DNA of 64,000 bases. Source: the human T2T-CHM13v2.0 reference genome, Homo sapiens. The stretch is from assembly GCF_009914755.1 (NCBI RefSeq), contig NC_060944.1; one strand, given 5' to 3'. How positions within the stretch are numbered: the first letter of the stretch is position 1; each line of letters opens with the position of its first letter. Below the pieces are notes generated by a model, which worked only from the letters and a program-made list of their open reading frames with translations, was not told the DNA's origin and did no database searches. Shown here piece after piece: positions 1-14,472 of the stretch. Made by a program: the position numbers and the translations under genes.

Positions 1-1202
1 TACATACTTTGTATAGAAGAGAATAAATCATACTCTTCATAAATATTTGCATTAGGGTCGAAACCTAAACTTTATAGTCCTAGGCTATCCCCAAGTCAAT
101 ATACTACCTCTCCAGAATATTGAAGAATCTTCATTTACCAAAGAACATAGCCAGTAATTTACTGTGTATTAATTTACAATAGAAATAATAAACTTAGTAT
201 AATAAACTCAGTCTTAGTTCAGATTTGCATGAACTGAAAGAGAAGGTCAAATCTATGGGAGAGAAAAGTCAAGAAGGATATAGGAAGATATACATAATTG
301 CAGTTAGCTGGGGAACAATTCAATAGGCATAGGGGAAAGATTTATGACACCAGGATATCATCCTATGGTTTCAGGCCTCAACAAACACATGCAGATTCCC
401 TGGGAAAGAGTTAGAAAGAACCAGAGAGAGAAGCAGGAGGAGGTTAAGCAGGTCTGGCCCCAGAATCTCAGAGGGAAAGTGGAATGCTGACCAGAAAACA
501 TGTTTGGAAGCCCAATTGCAAGGTTTAGGTCAAAATAAGAGGTGTCATAGAAAGGGTTAGAGATGAGCCCACATATTGGCACCTGGGACAGAGGCAGCAA
601 GACTCTCTCTGAATCCTTATGTGCCCTTAGCACAAAAAAGAGCACCTCGTTGGTCTGTAGTTGTAGTAGGGGTCTCAGCTGCTCCACATGAGAAACCTGT
701 TGTTGGGCTGTTCTGAATTCAATTACCCCAGACATGGCCCCTTTTATTTCTGTACCTACCAGAATTTCACCTTCTGAATTTTTTATCCTCTGTTTATCTC
801 TGTTGTGTTGAAGGAAGACCACACAATTCAAGAACACAGTGGGGGATTACCTACACCATGCGCTTTCAAGGAGAAAACAGAATTTTTTACCTTAAAGTTC
901 CTACCAATGAATATACTAGCATCTGGGATTTCCTACCTCTTTGGGTATTGTTACTTTCCAATGATCTTTTTATCTTTTATCTATCTATTGTTCTTCCTAC
1001 TTTTCTTCCTATCATATCTATCTTAACTGAATAATGTCTAAGAAAGATGACCTCTTTAGCCAACATATATGATGTTTAGCTTCCACGGAAATAATTTATC
1101 ACATGAGGAGAAATGGAAGACATGACAATGGCATTTTTAAAATAGAAGAGGAGGCAGTGTGAAGGCATGAGAATTCAGAATGAAGGGGGGGAAGAGAAAG
1201 AA

Positions 1203-1231
1203 AGAGAGAGAGAGAGAGATTGAGAGAGAGA
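1203..1231. repeat. (GA)n microsatellite, interrupted
   Basis: agagagagagagagagattgagagagaga seen directly. Confidence 0.9.
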
Positions 1232-1309
1232 CTGATATAGTATTTGGGTTATTCAGAGGAGTTGCAGGAATCGTGAAAAAATAGTGCTGTGCCTGTCCTT
1301 TTGGGCATG

Positions 1310-1500
1310 ACTACCATTTATCAAGTGACTATTACATTATGCTGCAGGCACCATGCCAACTGCTGTATATGTAGCATCTCATGGACAACTCTCTCATGTA
1401 TGTGTGCTTTTATCCCTTTTAAAGATGAGCGATTGAGGATCCAAGAGCTTAACACAAGTTACGCAGCGAGAAGTAGAGGTAAGGTTCTAATCAAGTTCTA
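1310..1500 (-). mobile_element. MIR remnant
   Basis: Antisense MIR core-like tatcccttttaaagatgagcgattgagg. Confidence 0.55.
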
Positions 1501-3404
1501 TAGTTCTGTTCTCTCTGCTCCAAAACCCTTTCTCCTTCCGCTATTTTGGTCTCTCTCCAAAACATCCCCAAAGGCTCATTCTGCCTCATGAAATCACAGA
1601 TGATAACTCTACAAGGAACTTAAATGATTCCTGCAGCCCAATACTCCCATTTTACAGACGGGTCAGGGAAGTAATGTGAGATGCTCACTAAGGCCCTCAG
1701 CTTGTCAAGGAACTAGGTCTACTCACTTCACTTCCACTTAACATTCTTCTAGGTGCTTACTGGATCTCAGAGGAAGAGTCAAGACCATAACCCAGGGACA
1801 CTTGCAATGCCTACCCAGGTTTTTCATGTCACCCTTCTACTACTGCATGCACAGATGCAGCTGTCAACTTTAGGAACACTGCTTTCAAACCTTTTCGAAG
1901 TTATTTTTTTACCATCTTCTTTAATACTATACTCCTTTAGAGAGAAATATCACTTTCTAATACTTTTTAAATTTTTCTATTTTTATGAAGTGTTAGATAA
2001 ATGTTGAATGTATGCAAAACAAACACACAGCAACAAGAATAGCCAAAGAAACCATTTGGCTTGCTTCTTCTGCTGTCGTCTTCTTGCCTTTAAGCTTGTG
2101 TTCTCCCTAACTTTTAAACTCAAAAGAATTTTTTGTCAACATTAAAAGTTTTCTGATAAGTATTCTGAATATGTTTACTGAGGAAAAATTTAAATAAAAA
2201 TCATTGTTCAGATGTCACTCATATCAATCACTCTCTGCAACAGCTGTACAGTAGAAATAATTGCAAACTCATGCCCTGTACTTTAAGGATGTGAGAAGAA
2301 AAGAAAAACAAAATGGATTATTTTTAACAAGACTCTGCAAGTGTCCAGCATCTCCAAAGACTATCTTCTGCCCATCTATTTTTCCAGAAATATTAATGAC
2401 TATTCCTCCAACGTTTTCCATTACGTAACACCCACATCCCTCATAATCATCCCCTCCTTTTATTACCATTAGCATTACCCACACAGTTCCACACTCAACT
2501 CATTTTTACCACCTCTATTGTTACACCAGACACCCAACCTGGCAGAAGGATCAGAAGGAAAGTTGACAAGATAGTAAAATCAACAAAGTGCAGACCTGAA
2601 TCACATCAATGCCAGTGAGTAATGTGGGGCTGACTTGCTGTGACCCTGTGAAATTTACAAGTGTCTATATGGGTAGGTGTTCCCAGTAACATCTACCCAC
2701 ACAGACTTTGCCCATATAAATGTGAGGTCTGCTAGAAAAAAAAATTAACAAAGGGTAAGAATAAAATAACTAAGTGAGAGATGGATTTCATGGGACTCCG
2801 ACTGTAAGTTTTTGTCCCAGATTGAGAAAGCTGACATTTAACCATCTAGAAGAATGCACTCAAAATCTTTGTTAACTTTTGGACCTTGTCACCTACTTAG
2901 AACTGTAGAACTTAAGGCTGCAAAAACTATCTTCTCTTACCACTAAGCCGTTTTCTTAGTAAGCCTTTTACCAATGTAGGAAAGAAAAGCTAACATCTTT
3001 TCTCTATCATCTCCATCTCCTCCATGCACCCAGGAGCCTCAGGAGCACCAGGCTCAAAACCCTTGTCCTTGTTCAACTACACTCTTTCCCTGCTAGTGGA
3101 GAAGCGCTCTGTGATACTTCACTAGGAATTTGGAAGAGTTAATATTAAACTTTGCATTGGGGGCCATTTTTATATTTTATTACACTGGCTGTAAGGTGAT
3201 TTCAATAATCTAAGTCTATTGCTTCTCTAACAGGAACAAGTACCAGCTAGAGATTTTTCACATACGTGTCTAAATATAGTTTTACAATACCTCATTTTAA
3301 GAATGTAGAAATTGCTCAGAGAGCTTACTAAGGCTTGTATAAAGTTTTTTATCATCCACTTTTTGATGTTTACTGTAGACACAAAATTGTCCCACTCATA
3401 CCTC

Positions 3405-3798
3405 TTTAAGGAAAGGCTTGCTGTCCAGCTGCAGAAAATACAGTCAGTGGAGGTGGACGGCGTCCAGCTGTCTGCTTCTTCAGAGCCTGCCTCACCTGAA
3501 GCAAGGCACCTTGCCTAAGGTCCCTCTTTTTGCCAAGGCAGATACATGCAGTAACTGAGCAAGGTTGGAAAATAAAGTTTTGACCATTTGGATCCACAGT
3601 GTTACACTCTCAGGGCTGGTACTCACTCCAGAGCTCTCTGCTGGATTGGCTTGGCTTTGTCAATTCTCTCTAGTAGTTTGACTTCTCCCTCTGTTTATCC
3701 TTCTCAACCTCTTTTCTTTCATAAGTGTTGATTTCTAATAAACATTTTGTATCCCACCCTTTATCTTGATGTCTGCTTCTGGATGCAAACTGCTGATA
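3405..3798 (+). mobile_element. ERVL LTR, LTR16-like
   Basis: 3' end aagtgttgatttctaataaacattttgtatcccacc...gtctgcttctgg resembles the LTR16 R/U5 with polyA signal. Confidence 0.55.
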
Positions 3799-4249
3799 CC
3801 AACACAACCATTTTACTCTTTTTCTTTACTCAGATAAAGCCTAGAATCTATAACGCAGTGTGGCCCTAGCAAGGAACATACAAACAGTACACAGGTGAAT
3901 TATTATTGCATCCAGCTTCAGCTGGTACTACTCAAACCCCAGTGTCCCAGATCTCTGGACACAGGCTTCTACCCTAGAGAGTACATGTCTGCTTTCACTC
4001 CCAGGTTTTTCTCTCAGGTTTTCAGTGACTCTGAGCTACTGAATTCCCAGCTTCTAAACTCTTGATTTTCTCATAAATGAGTCCCCAATATCTACTCAAT
4101 ATGATATTTATAATGCTCATTACCTTTTTTTCAGGGGTCCCCAAATCAAATGTCTGCTGGGGATTGTCCAATAAAATAAATTATTAAAGTTGTTTAGGTA
4201 TAAGACAAGAGACCCCAACCTGCTTGTTTCGCAATTGAGCATTACACCT

Positions 4250-4748
4250 CACTACCTCTCCATATGCCATGGTGTGAGGGATACTGCCTTGAGTGATCTA
4301 ACCCTTGCCCACCTCTCATATATTCCCCCTCCCCTCATTCAATCTTCTGCAGCCACAGTGATCTTCCTGTTTCTCAAATAAGTCAAGCACATTCCAGTTT
4401 CAATGCCTGTGTGTTTGCTGTTCTTTCTTCCTGCAATGTACTTAACCCTCCTATTTCTCATCCATCAGATATTATCTTAAATATCACCCCTTCTGGGAGC
4501 ATTATCCAACCACCCTATGTAAAATAGGCCACATGCCTCCATACGCTGCTATTTTTTATGACAGGTCTATTACTTTATTTCATCAGACTTCTTCTAATTC
4601 ACAATTAATGAATGTGTTTGTTTACTTAATTTCTGTCTCCTCCACTAGACTATAAGTTCCAGAAGGGCAGACAACATTTTTCTTATGCAACATATATTTC
4701 TAGGGCCTAGCACAGTGTCTTGTCCATAATTTTTGAATCAGTGAATTT
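4250..4748 (+). mobile_element. L2 LINE 3' end
   Basis: ctagactataagttccagaagggcag...gcctagcacagtg...tgaatcagtgaat, a typical L2 3' terminus. Confidence 0.75.
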
Positions 4749-4863
4749 ATTCCTGCTCAAACTCCCTTCTCCAGGCTCCCCATCAAACTTCATGGTGGCA
4801 CCGCCATGTCCAATCCACTCTCCCAGGGAATGCAATTCCATCGTCTTCAAATTGTTGTATTCT

Positions 4864-5165
<302 letters not shown>

Positions 5166-5169
5166 GTTA

Positions 5170-5990
5170 TGTTTAGCCGCTTTCTCTCCATCTTTTATGC
5201 TACCACCTTAATTCAGACACTCGTCATTCCACACTTACACAACTACCACACTCTCCTCATGGGTCTCCCTGGTTCTCCTTTCTTCCTCTCTATCCTCTGT
5301 ACCCTGTCAAAGTGACCTTTCCAATATGCAAATCACTCCTAGTCTTAAAATCTTTCAATGGCTCCCTGTTGCCTACAGAATAAAGTTCAAACTTCTTAGC
5401 ATGACATGTGAGATACTCTGAGATCTTACCTTGTCTTCCCCTCTGGCTTGATTTCTCCATCTTCTCCAGCGGCCCCCACTGCACAACCTCTGAACATTTT
5501 CCCCTGCCTCTAATCATCCTGTCCATTCTACCTTCTAAATACCTCCCTTCAATTTATTCACTGACCTGCATCTCTACAGCTACCAATCTCATTCACCCCT
5601 GGCCTGAGCAACCCACACATCCTTCTCTCTAACTGCACACTGCTGTGTCCAGTCCATTTTCTAAACATCAGCAAGTGAGCTTTTAATCATAGAAATGCTT
5701 GCCTCCTCTCCTCCTGGCCTAAAATCCCTCCATGGAAACAAGTTGAGGTTTCTGCAAGATCTGGCCTGTAGGTATTTCTTTACCCTCTCCCAGCACCACT
5801 CCCTGCACTCAGACCCACTGTCAAGCACTTTCTTATCCCAGAGTTTGTGTTCCTACTTACCTGGGGACACTTTCTCCCTATGGCTTACTATCCCTTTCAT
5901 TTCATAGCTCAATATTCTTTCCTAGGCAAGGCCAAGATTCCCTGAGTGACGTCTCATAGCTCATTGGATTTTTCTTCAAGGCCTTTATCC
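5170..5990 (+). mobile_element. L2 remnants
   Basis: ctttcaatggctccctgttgcctacagaataaagttcaaac and similar pyrimidine-rich L2 motifs. Confidence 0.6.
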
Positions 5991-8008
5991 ACCCATATAA
6001 GTGTGGGATATGGGTGAAAGAACAAGTTTGCAGAAAAGATACAGTGAATTATGGACCATGAGTTCGGGAAAGAAGGGTAGGACTGCGTCGCTGGCTGCAG
6101 TATTCTGGAGGCTGGTCTTTGGGCTGTGATCACTCTTCATTCTAAAGGAGGTACTGCTGAGATGTTAAAACCATTGTTTTACTTTTTCATAATTTTCAGG
6201 GCTTTGGTGTATCAGAAGGAGGCTGTAGCATATGATCAACTCAAAGTCTGGAAATAATTTCAATCATGGGATTTTTGTTTATTATTATGTTTTAATTTTT
6301 GATATAAGCTTCATCTTTTTTTAATCTGTTAAACAAAGGAATTTCTCATCAACTCCCCTAACCTTCCTAAACTACATATGCAATTATTCATTCATCCATT
6401 CATTTGCTCAGAAAACACTCATTAGATGCCACATCCTTTCCTAGTTGTTGGAAAGGAGTCACAGGCATGAAGTAGAGTGAGGTCTTAAGACCCTTTGACT
6501 GTGGAGTGTGGAAGAAAAAACTACAATTGCATCCTGGGTTTTAGAAAGATCGTGAAGCAAAAGAAGGTCAGAATTTTCCAGTCCAGAGTAACAGATAACC
6601 AGTAAGAATCACATCTGAAGTGGAAGGTTGGGCAGGGACCAAATATCCAGGTCCCAGGGGTAGAATCATTCAGCTGGAGAGAGCCTCTTGGAGCTATTTC
6701 AGCCATGCCAATGATTTTAAAAAGTGTCTCCTTTAGGGCTTGGCAGGTTCCTATAAAGAAAAGCATGAGATCAAGGTCCACTAGATAGTGGCATTTGCTT
6801 CCAGGTGAGTATCATATTCCCAGCCTGATTAAAGTCAATAGCCAAGAATATTGAGACTAGGCCACTGCTGAAGGAAAATATGGGAAAGGATTAGGTAAGG
6901 TGTTAGGACCCCTGCAAAGGTCTAGCTATGACAAAGGACTAGCCTACTAGACAGCAACATGGGGCAGATTCCCAGACCTGTGGACTTAACCAGCAGGACC
7001 TTTGTCTACCAGCAATGCCTAAGACTTACCCCAAACTGGACTGATTATCATCCATCAATTCCAAGTTCCAAATAGCAAACTGAGACTGTGAATGAGACAC
7101 TTAGCTTTGAGCCGAATGGGCTCCAGCCGAGGCAAACTGAGGCTGCAATGGAATGGCAGGGAAAATGGAGTTGGCACTGTCTATGTCCTACTGTCCCCTG
7201 GCTTTCTTGTCTTCCTGCATAACCCCTGGGGGGAACCATCATCCCTGTGAATCACGGGGCTGCTGCCTCCATTTGTTAAGGCCTTCGTTCTGTCCTTTTT
7301 AAATATCACTGTTAATACCCCCTCGTGACACTGTCTTGGTCCTTTACCCTTTTATCCAGATATTATTAAAAACTATTGTCAAAAATGGAATTCTCTAAAG
7401 ATCTCATAAAAGTCAGCTGTGAGGCCCTGTTACAGAGGAGCGCGGCCTTGTGACTAGGAGCCACTTCCCGAGTCGTGATTTCTGCATCCCACAGTTTTGC
7501 TTTTTCAACCCCGTGATAGAAAAGCCTAGAGCTTACTCCCCTCACACCCTCACACTGCATCCTTCCTGGGCTTGAAACCATTCTTAAAAGAACTGCACTA
7601 TTTTTTTTTTTTAACATTCTATATGCTTCACACTTACTCGTTTCATATTTTTATACATAAAATCCTCCCACTCTCTCTCCATCACAACCTCACTACCTCC
7701 CTCCACAAAATACTTTTTTTTTTTTTACAGACATTTTCAGAACATCAGGGATATATCCTGCCCTGGGATGCTGATGAATGGCCGCTTTAAGACTCACTGA
7801 GACACTTTGGTGCACGGCTCAGAGTGCTCTGAAGGAGTAGTTTTAATTCAGCAGTTTTGATGTGGAAGCAAAAATATATAAAATGGCATTATATTGCTGG
7901 GTAATGTGTTGTAGCACTATGAATTTAATCCACAGCAGCCAGGCACACAAAAGCTTACATTTATTATTTTTTCTTTCTTTAATCTTTTTTTTTAAAAAAA
8001 GAAAACAA

Positions 8009-8159
8009 CTTTTATTTTAGATTTAGGGGTACATGTGCAGCTTTGTTATACAAGTAACTCATGTTACAGGGGTTTGACGAACAGATTATTTTATCACCGA
8101 GGTACTAAGCCTAGTACCCAATAGTTCTTTTTTTCTGCTCCTCTTCCTCCTCCCACCCT
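8009..8159 (-). mobile_element. L1 3' end fragment (older L1PA type)
   Basis: ttttattttagatttaggggtacatgtgcag...gtactaagcctagtacccaatagtt...cctcctcccaccct is the antisense L1PA 3'UTR. Confidence 0.9.
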
Positions 8160-8289
8160 ACAAATTAAATCTGATTCTAACGTGGTTAAGAGAAACAGTT
8201 TCTATTATATTCAGTGATCCTTTCATCTCCCCAAAGTCACGAAGTAAGAATAATAATAATTATTTTAGCTATTTCATTATAGTCAGTTA

Positions 8290-8515
8290 AACATGGTTAA
8301 CACATCGCACACTGTGGTTCAGACACCATCTAAGTGTTTCATCTTTACAAACTCACTTTTCACCTCAACCACCCTAGGAGTTACCATTATTTTTACCCAT
8401 TTTATAGATGAAGATGTTGAGGCACAAAGATCTTCAGTCCAAGCTCACAGAGTACACACAGAAGCTGACATTTGAACCCAGAAGGCTTGTTCTAGAATAT
8501 CTGCTCTTAATAACT
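8290..8515 (-). mobile_element. MIR
   Basis: cccattttatagatgaagatgttgaggcacaaag...atttgaacccag. Confidence 0.85.
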
Positions 8516-9419
8516 ATGGAAAATAACAATCCTAGCACTTAGAGGTCACCTAGCAAAATGGAGAAAGGCCTTGTCCTTAATCCAATGTGTCTGCCATAGT
8601 TAACCTTAGTCTCCTGATCCATGGGGTGGCTGCTGTGCTTGAATGTTCTTATGGCCTCTGGCCCCTCATGGGTCCTCCCCCTGATCAAAGGCTCAACACA
8701 GGGGTTTGGCCCACTTCCCTCAAGGCTGTGGGTGTCCAGGTTTCCTTGCATCCCATTGAAATCCTCCATCCAGGGCACCATGTGCAGTTAGGGTATGGAT
8801 CTCCCACTCACATGAAAACCCCTCATTACCAATGTTTTCCTAATTCACATACCAGTCCTTTAAACTGAAGCTTCAGTTCCTCCCATCCTCACCTCTAAGC
8901 ACCAGTCTCCAGATTCCTTCCCTTTGAGACAATCCAAAACAATCTCCTCAAGTAAACCTGAAGCACGAACTCTGCTTATTTCCTTTCTGCTAGTTGTGAA
9001 TTTGGGACTGGAGGGTAATGAGCTCTCTGTTTGCTGCAATGGGATGGAGAAAATACATGATTTATTCAGCAATGGTGAATGCACAGTACTTTTTCCTCAT
9101 CTTTAACACTGATGTACATGGAACAGTCCTCTTCGAGCCATAGCATACCCCTGACCCCATCACTGAGCTCTTCCTCTACCTCTCACCTCCATCCTATGCC
9201 CATCCCATCCTCACCGAGCCTCCAATCACCCCCCACTGCCCCTTTTTTCCTCGGTTCTTCCCCAGCCCTCATATGCACCCTGCACATTTGGGAGAACTGC
9301 AAGCATAGCTCCTGCCTTTTGAAAACTGAAATAAAGGAAAATGATTAAATAATATTTATTCTACATTTTTGATAAAAAAATTTTTTCAGGTAACCAAATA
9401 GTTGGGGATAAGAAATACC

Positions 9420-9670
9420 CCTTTAGAGAAGTTTTACAGATTATAAATGAAGGCAGGACGAGAAAATATCACCACTTTTGTGAACCCTAATGAATTAATC
9501 CATCTAAACAATGATCAGGAATGGCTGCCAAAACCACCAAAAAGAGAAAAGGAGATATAAGAAGGCATTCCCTGCTTCCTAACCAAACCAAACCATTCCC
9601 TGCTTCTTGACCAAACGAAACCAAAACAAAAAAGCACACAAAAACCCTGAATCTTACAAGTCTGTAAATC
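9420..9670 (+). mobile_element. Old L1 (L1MC/ME type) 3' UTR fragment
   Basis: atatcaccacttttgtgaaccctaatgaattaat resembles old L1M 3' UTR. Confidence 0.45.
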
Positions 9671-9673
9671 TAT

Positions 9674-9872
9674 GCTGTTCTACAGGAGACCCCAGCCACA
9701 TGCAGCTATTGGTCACTTGAAATGTGGTTAATTCTGAGAGATGCTGTAAGTGTAAAATTCATACTGGATTTCTAAGATTTCATACAAAAAACCCCAAACC
9801 TCAATGATTATCATGATTGTATGTTAAAATGCTCACACTTTGGATATATTGAGTTAAATGAATTGTGTTATT
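9674..9872 (+). mobile_element. MER33-like hAT-Charlie MITE
   Basis: agccacatgcagctattggtcacttgaaatgtgg...gctgtaagtgtaaaa...ttggatatattgagttaaat. Confidence 0.75.
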
Positions 9873-10066
9873 TGTAAAATTGCATCTCTAAACCACATCT
9901 CACACCTCCCTTCTGTCTGATCCTGAAGCCTAATTCTGCTTCAGAAGCATGGGTAAGAATCAAAGCAAGAAACATTATTACTTAGGATTGGGGTAAAACT
10001 TGGCAGCAAGGTGAAGTTCAACATCAGGGTCAGGTTTGATTTTTTTTTTAAGTTAGGAATGTATCA

Positions 10067-10573
<507 letters not shown>

Positions 10574-10954
10574 CTAACTAGCTTTGGCCTTGATTTTATC
10601 TTCCCACCTCCTCAGCTGTGTTCTGCATCTCTGTCTCATCCTCACCCCTGCCATAGGGAATGTTGCTTGGATATTTGTTTCAAGACAATTGTAAAATTCA
10701 GAAGGGACCACAGAGAATTATTGCTTCATTTGAACATCACAGAGCTAGCTCAGTAGTGGGGTGCAGCTGTCTAGGATTTGACTTTTAGTAGGGATAGTGT
10801 GATGGATGTGCTGCAGCATCACCCAGCCTGGCTCTGGATTCCTTCTCCATCACTTACCAGAGTTTCTAAATAAAGTCCTGCATCAGCTTGCCCAGACTTG
10901 TGCAGAAGGTAAGTGACAATGACACCTACATAGTGCCTCCTATAGTCCCTGGCT

Positions 10955-11144
10955 CAGAGGTGGTTTTACTGTGATGCTCATGAAAATTCAGGTTCAGGGA
11001 CCCTCATAGTACAGTGACTCCTTCCTAGTGCCCTTGGGAAGGATTTTTAGCAAATTTTATTAATGATATAGTATCTTTCTCAGAGGGCTTTTAAAATGTG
11101 CTTAAGCTCAACTCCCCCACTCATAAAAAATGGATCTGAAACTA
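10955..11144 (+). mobile_element. MER53-like hAT MITE
   Basis: cagaggtggttttactgtgatgctcatgaaaattcaggttcagggaccctca...tggatctgaaact resembles MER53 ends. Confidence 0.65.
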
Positions 11145-11303
11145 CTTTGGCCCATTTGAGTTCTTAATAAATATATCTGTGTATTCTGTCCTTGCTCGTA
11201 CCCGCCTCTTTATCTTTCTATATTACTCTTTAGTGCACTTCTGCAGGGTCCAAATGTACCTACGATTCCCATTTTCTATCTTCCCTAGGTCCTGTTTATG
11301 TAA

Positions 11304-11775
11304 GTGGTAGGCAGAATAATGGACTCTCAAAGATGTCTACACCCTAATCCCCAGAAACTGAATATGTCAACTTACGTGACAAAAGAGACACTGCAGATAT
11401 GATTAAGTTAAGAATCTTAAGATGGGGTGGATTATTTTGGCTTATTCAGGTGGGCCCAACCTAATCACAAAACCCTAAAGACAGAATTTTCTTGGCTGCC
11501 TTTAAAGAAAAATGCTCTGTTGTTGGCTTGAAAGAGTGAGGAAGTGGCCACAAGCCAAGGAATGTGGGCAGCCTCAAGTAGCTGGAAAAGGCAAGGAAAG
11601 AGATTCTCCTGGACAGCCTGGAGAAGGAATGTAGCCCCAATGATAACTTTATTTCAGCCCATTAGGACCCATGCCAGACTTCTGACCTCCAGAACTGTAA
11701 GCTAATTCATTTGTGTTGTTTTGCGCCACTACATTCCCAGTAATTTATTACAGCAGTGGTAAGAGACAAATACTG
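11304..11775 (+). mobile_element. MLT1 (MaLR) solo LTR, MLT1D-like
   Basis: gtggtaggcagaataatgg...ccagacttctgacctccagaactgtaag...ttattacagcag. Confidence 0.9.
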
Positions 11776-14438
11776 CATGAAGATCTGTTTTTCTCTTTTC
11801 ATCTTACTCTTCCAGCTGCTTGTTTATTGATCTGCCTGGTGATCTTTTTATTCTTTTTACCTCATTTTATTCTTTTACCTCCTGGTAATTGTATCTTTTC
11901 TCTGTAAGTCATGCATAAAAAAACAAACAGGGCTTTCTCGCTGGCACTACCCCTTTCATATAATTTATTAAGAGTCCTCCTCTGAAAGGGATTTGCTTAA
12001 AGTCCAATTTAATTAGATTTAGCACCCTGATATATTAAAAATCCCTTAGCATGAGGCAGCTCTTGCTTATGGGAATACACCCTGAAGTCAATGAGAAGCT
12101 CAAGGTGTTAGTTTCAAATTTTCTATTTTATACTCTTGTGACTTTTGGCAACTTAACTAACCTCTCTGAGTACAACTTAACTAAGCTTTCCTAGAACAAA
12201 AAACTCACAATATATTCATTTCCATTCCTTTTATTGTGTTTTTGAAAGATATTTGTCCACCCAATGCAAGTGGACACTTGACAAGACCCTGAATTGAAAG
12301 CCCTGTTTGTGTTTCCCTCCCTTGTTTATAGCTGGTTTTATGACTCCATCTTAAATGTGCACGTAAGGCTCCTGTAGATGCTGATGGTGAGTGATGGGGT
12401 CTCCGCCTTTTAAGTAAAGCATGTTTTCCTAGAAGCTCAGAGTAAGATCTAATTAAAGTTTGACACCTCACATCGATGGTGACCTGAGGGTTGCATAACG
12501 ATACCTGTGTCACCAAGTAGTTGCAAAAATTAAATGAGACTCGTGGAAATTATAGGGCCTGCACATAGAAGGCTCTCAATGGTGAAATCACAAGTCAAGG
12601 AGTAAGCATGTCACTCTTTTCTTTTCAGAAACTTGAGTGTATTTGAATATTTACAAAATCATCCCTTCGCTTTTGCATTGACAAACCGCATTATCTGAAT
12701 CCGCTTAGTGGATACTCTAAATGAGAGTCTGTATGCAAAAGCACTTTGGGAAGGTAACAAATGCTAGATGTAACTGTAAATTCAAATTTTTAATTATATA
12801 TTCATTTTTGTAAATCTTTCATTCCCAGAATAGAGGCACCCTATTAGTAGAGCGTGAAATGAAATGGTATGACATGCTGGGAAGATAAATGTTTATTTGG
12901 GTTGATCAGTTTCTCCCCCCATGACATCTGAAGCTCACTCCTGAGATGACAGGAAAGCTTTAAAGAAAGATTGAATCAAACTTGCTTCCCTTTTTTGTCT
13001 TCCTAAATGAAAAGGAGATGAACAACAGTGAAGTGTTTTATTATTTTTTTCATTGATGTGTCAGTGACTTGAAGAGTTAGTGGTGAGCAATTGTAAATAT
13101 TGACATCCAGCAGGCCAGGAATCAAACCCCAGACCTATCTCTTGAAAGATAATGGGAACATGGACTAACAACGTTAGAGCTAAACTTTCTTTAACATAAA
13201 ATGAGAATAATAACCATAGATCTTCAAATGATGTCATAAGAGTGAAATGAAATAATTTCTTTTTAAAACGGTAGTGTGGTCAGACTATTCCAACCAATAC
13301 ATTATTTGCCAAGCATTATGGAGACAGGGATGAAGACAGCACACTTCCTCCAGCCAGTGACAATACAAACTCAATGTCTGGTGGAAGAAAACAATGAGTA
13401 AGCCAACAATTATGGTCTAGTTATATGAATGTTTGATTTGAGGTTTCCTTTGTTATATCCACTAGGAGATCGTTTCCTAGGGAGAGGGCTTGGAGAGATC
13501 AGCAGATGAGAGACCAGGGAATCTGATCTGATCCCCCTACAACAAACTGCAGGGCCATCAGAGATACAATCCCTACAGAGTTTCCTCTGATTTTAGCATC
13601 ATGATCCTTTTAGCAAGTTCAGAATCACTTGGAGAAAAGAGAAGAAGGTATTGTCCTCAAAACTGACACCGTTCCCTTAATTAACTCATCAAATTTTGTA
13701 GTACATTTGCTTCTCTGAAGGACTTGTCTTATAAATGCACTTCTCTGGGCCCCAAAGTGAAAGATCAGCTTTGGTAGTTCATGGTGGTATTCTGGTACCT
13801 GTATGTTAAACACCGTTCCCAGGTGATAGTAATGTGCAAGAAAGTTCGAGAGGCTCTGTCTTGAATTCTGCAATATAGATGTGTCAGATTCTTTCATAAT
13901 CCGCAAAGACATGTGCCTCCTTTCAGTCATTTGTGAAAAAGCATCTTTGCCTTTGTTGAGCAGCACTTGGTATATCTTTGCTGAGTAGCCCTGTGTTTCT
14001 GCCCTTGGCTACAGAGATTACCCAACTGCACTCACAGTTCTCCAGGTTTACACAGTTTCTCCAACTGTGTTGAAGTTTCTGCAAGTACATGCGAAGTTAC
14101 ACAGAGATGTGTAAATTTCCCTGATTGTATGCAAAATCATACAGATGTGTACAGTTTTCACCACATGTGGGTGAGGTTCTCCACCATTTGAATAGGCCCC
14201 CAACTGGCCTGTCTCTTCCTCATCAGGAGCTTCTCTCACTTGGATTCAGGAACCCATGCAAAGGGTTCCCTTTTATCCTTGCTTTATTGTCTACACCTGC
14301 ATTTTCCTGCCTGGTGCATGCCCTTTGTGAAAATAGCTATAGTACTCACTAATTTCCTCCGGAAAATAAAAGCTAACCCATCGCCTTGCCCTGCCTCAAC
14401 TGTAGATCAATTCACCTCTGAATTTCCCTGAGGATGCT

Positions 14439-14472
14439 CTTTTCAGATTGGTGTGCTTTTCAGATTGGTGTG
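14439..14472. repeat. Perfect 17-bp tandem duplication (cttttcagattggtgtg)x2
   Basis: Copies at 14439-14455 and 14456-14472. Confidence 0.95.

Noticed and set aside
358-837. 159-aa minus-strand ORF
   Set aside because: No recognisable family and no supporting splice or promoter structure.
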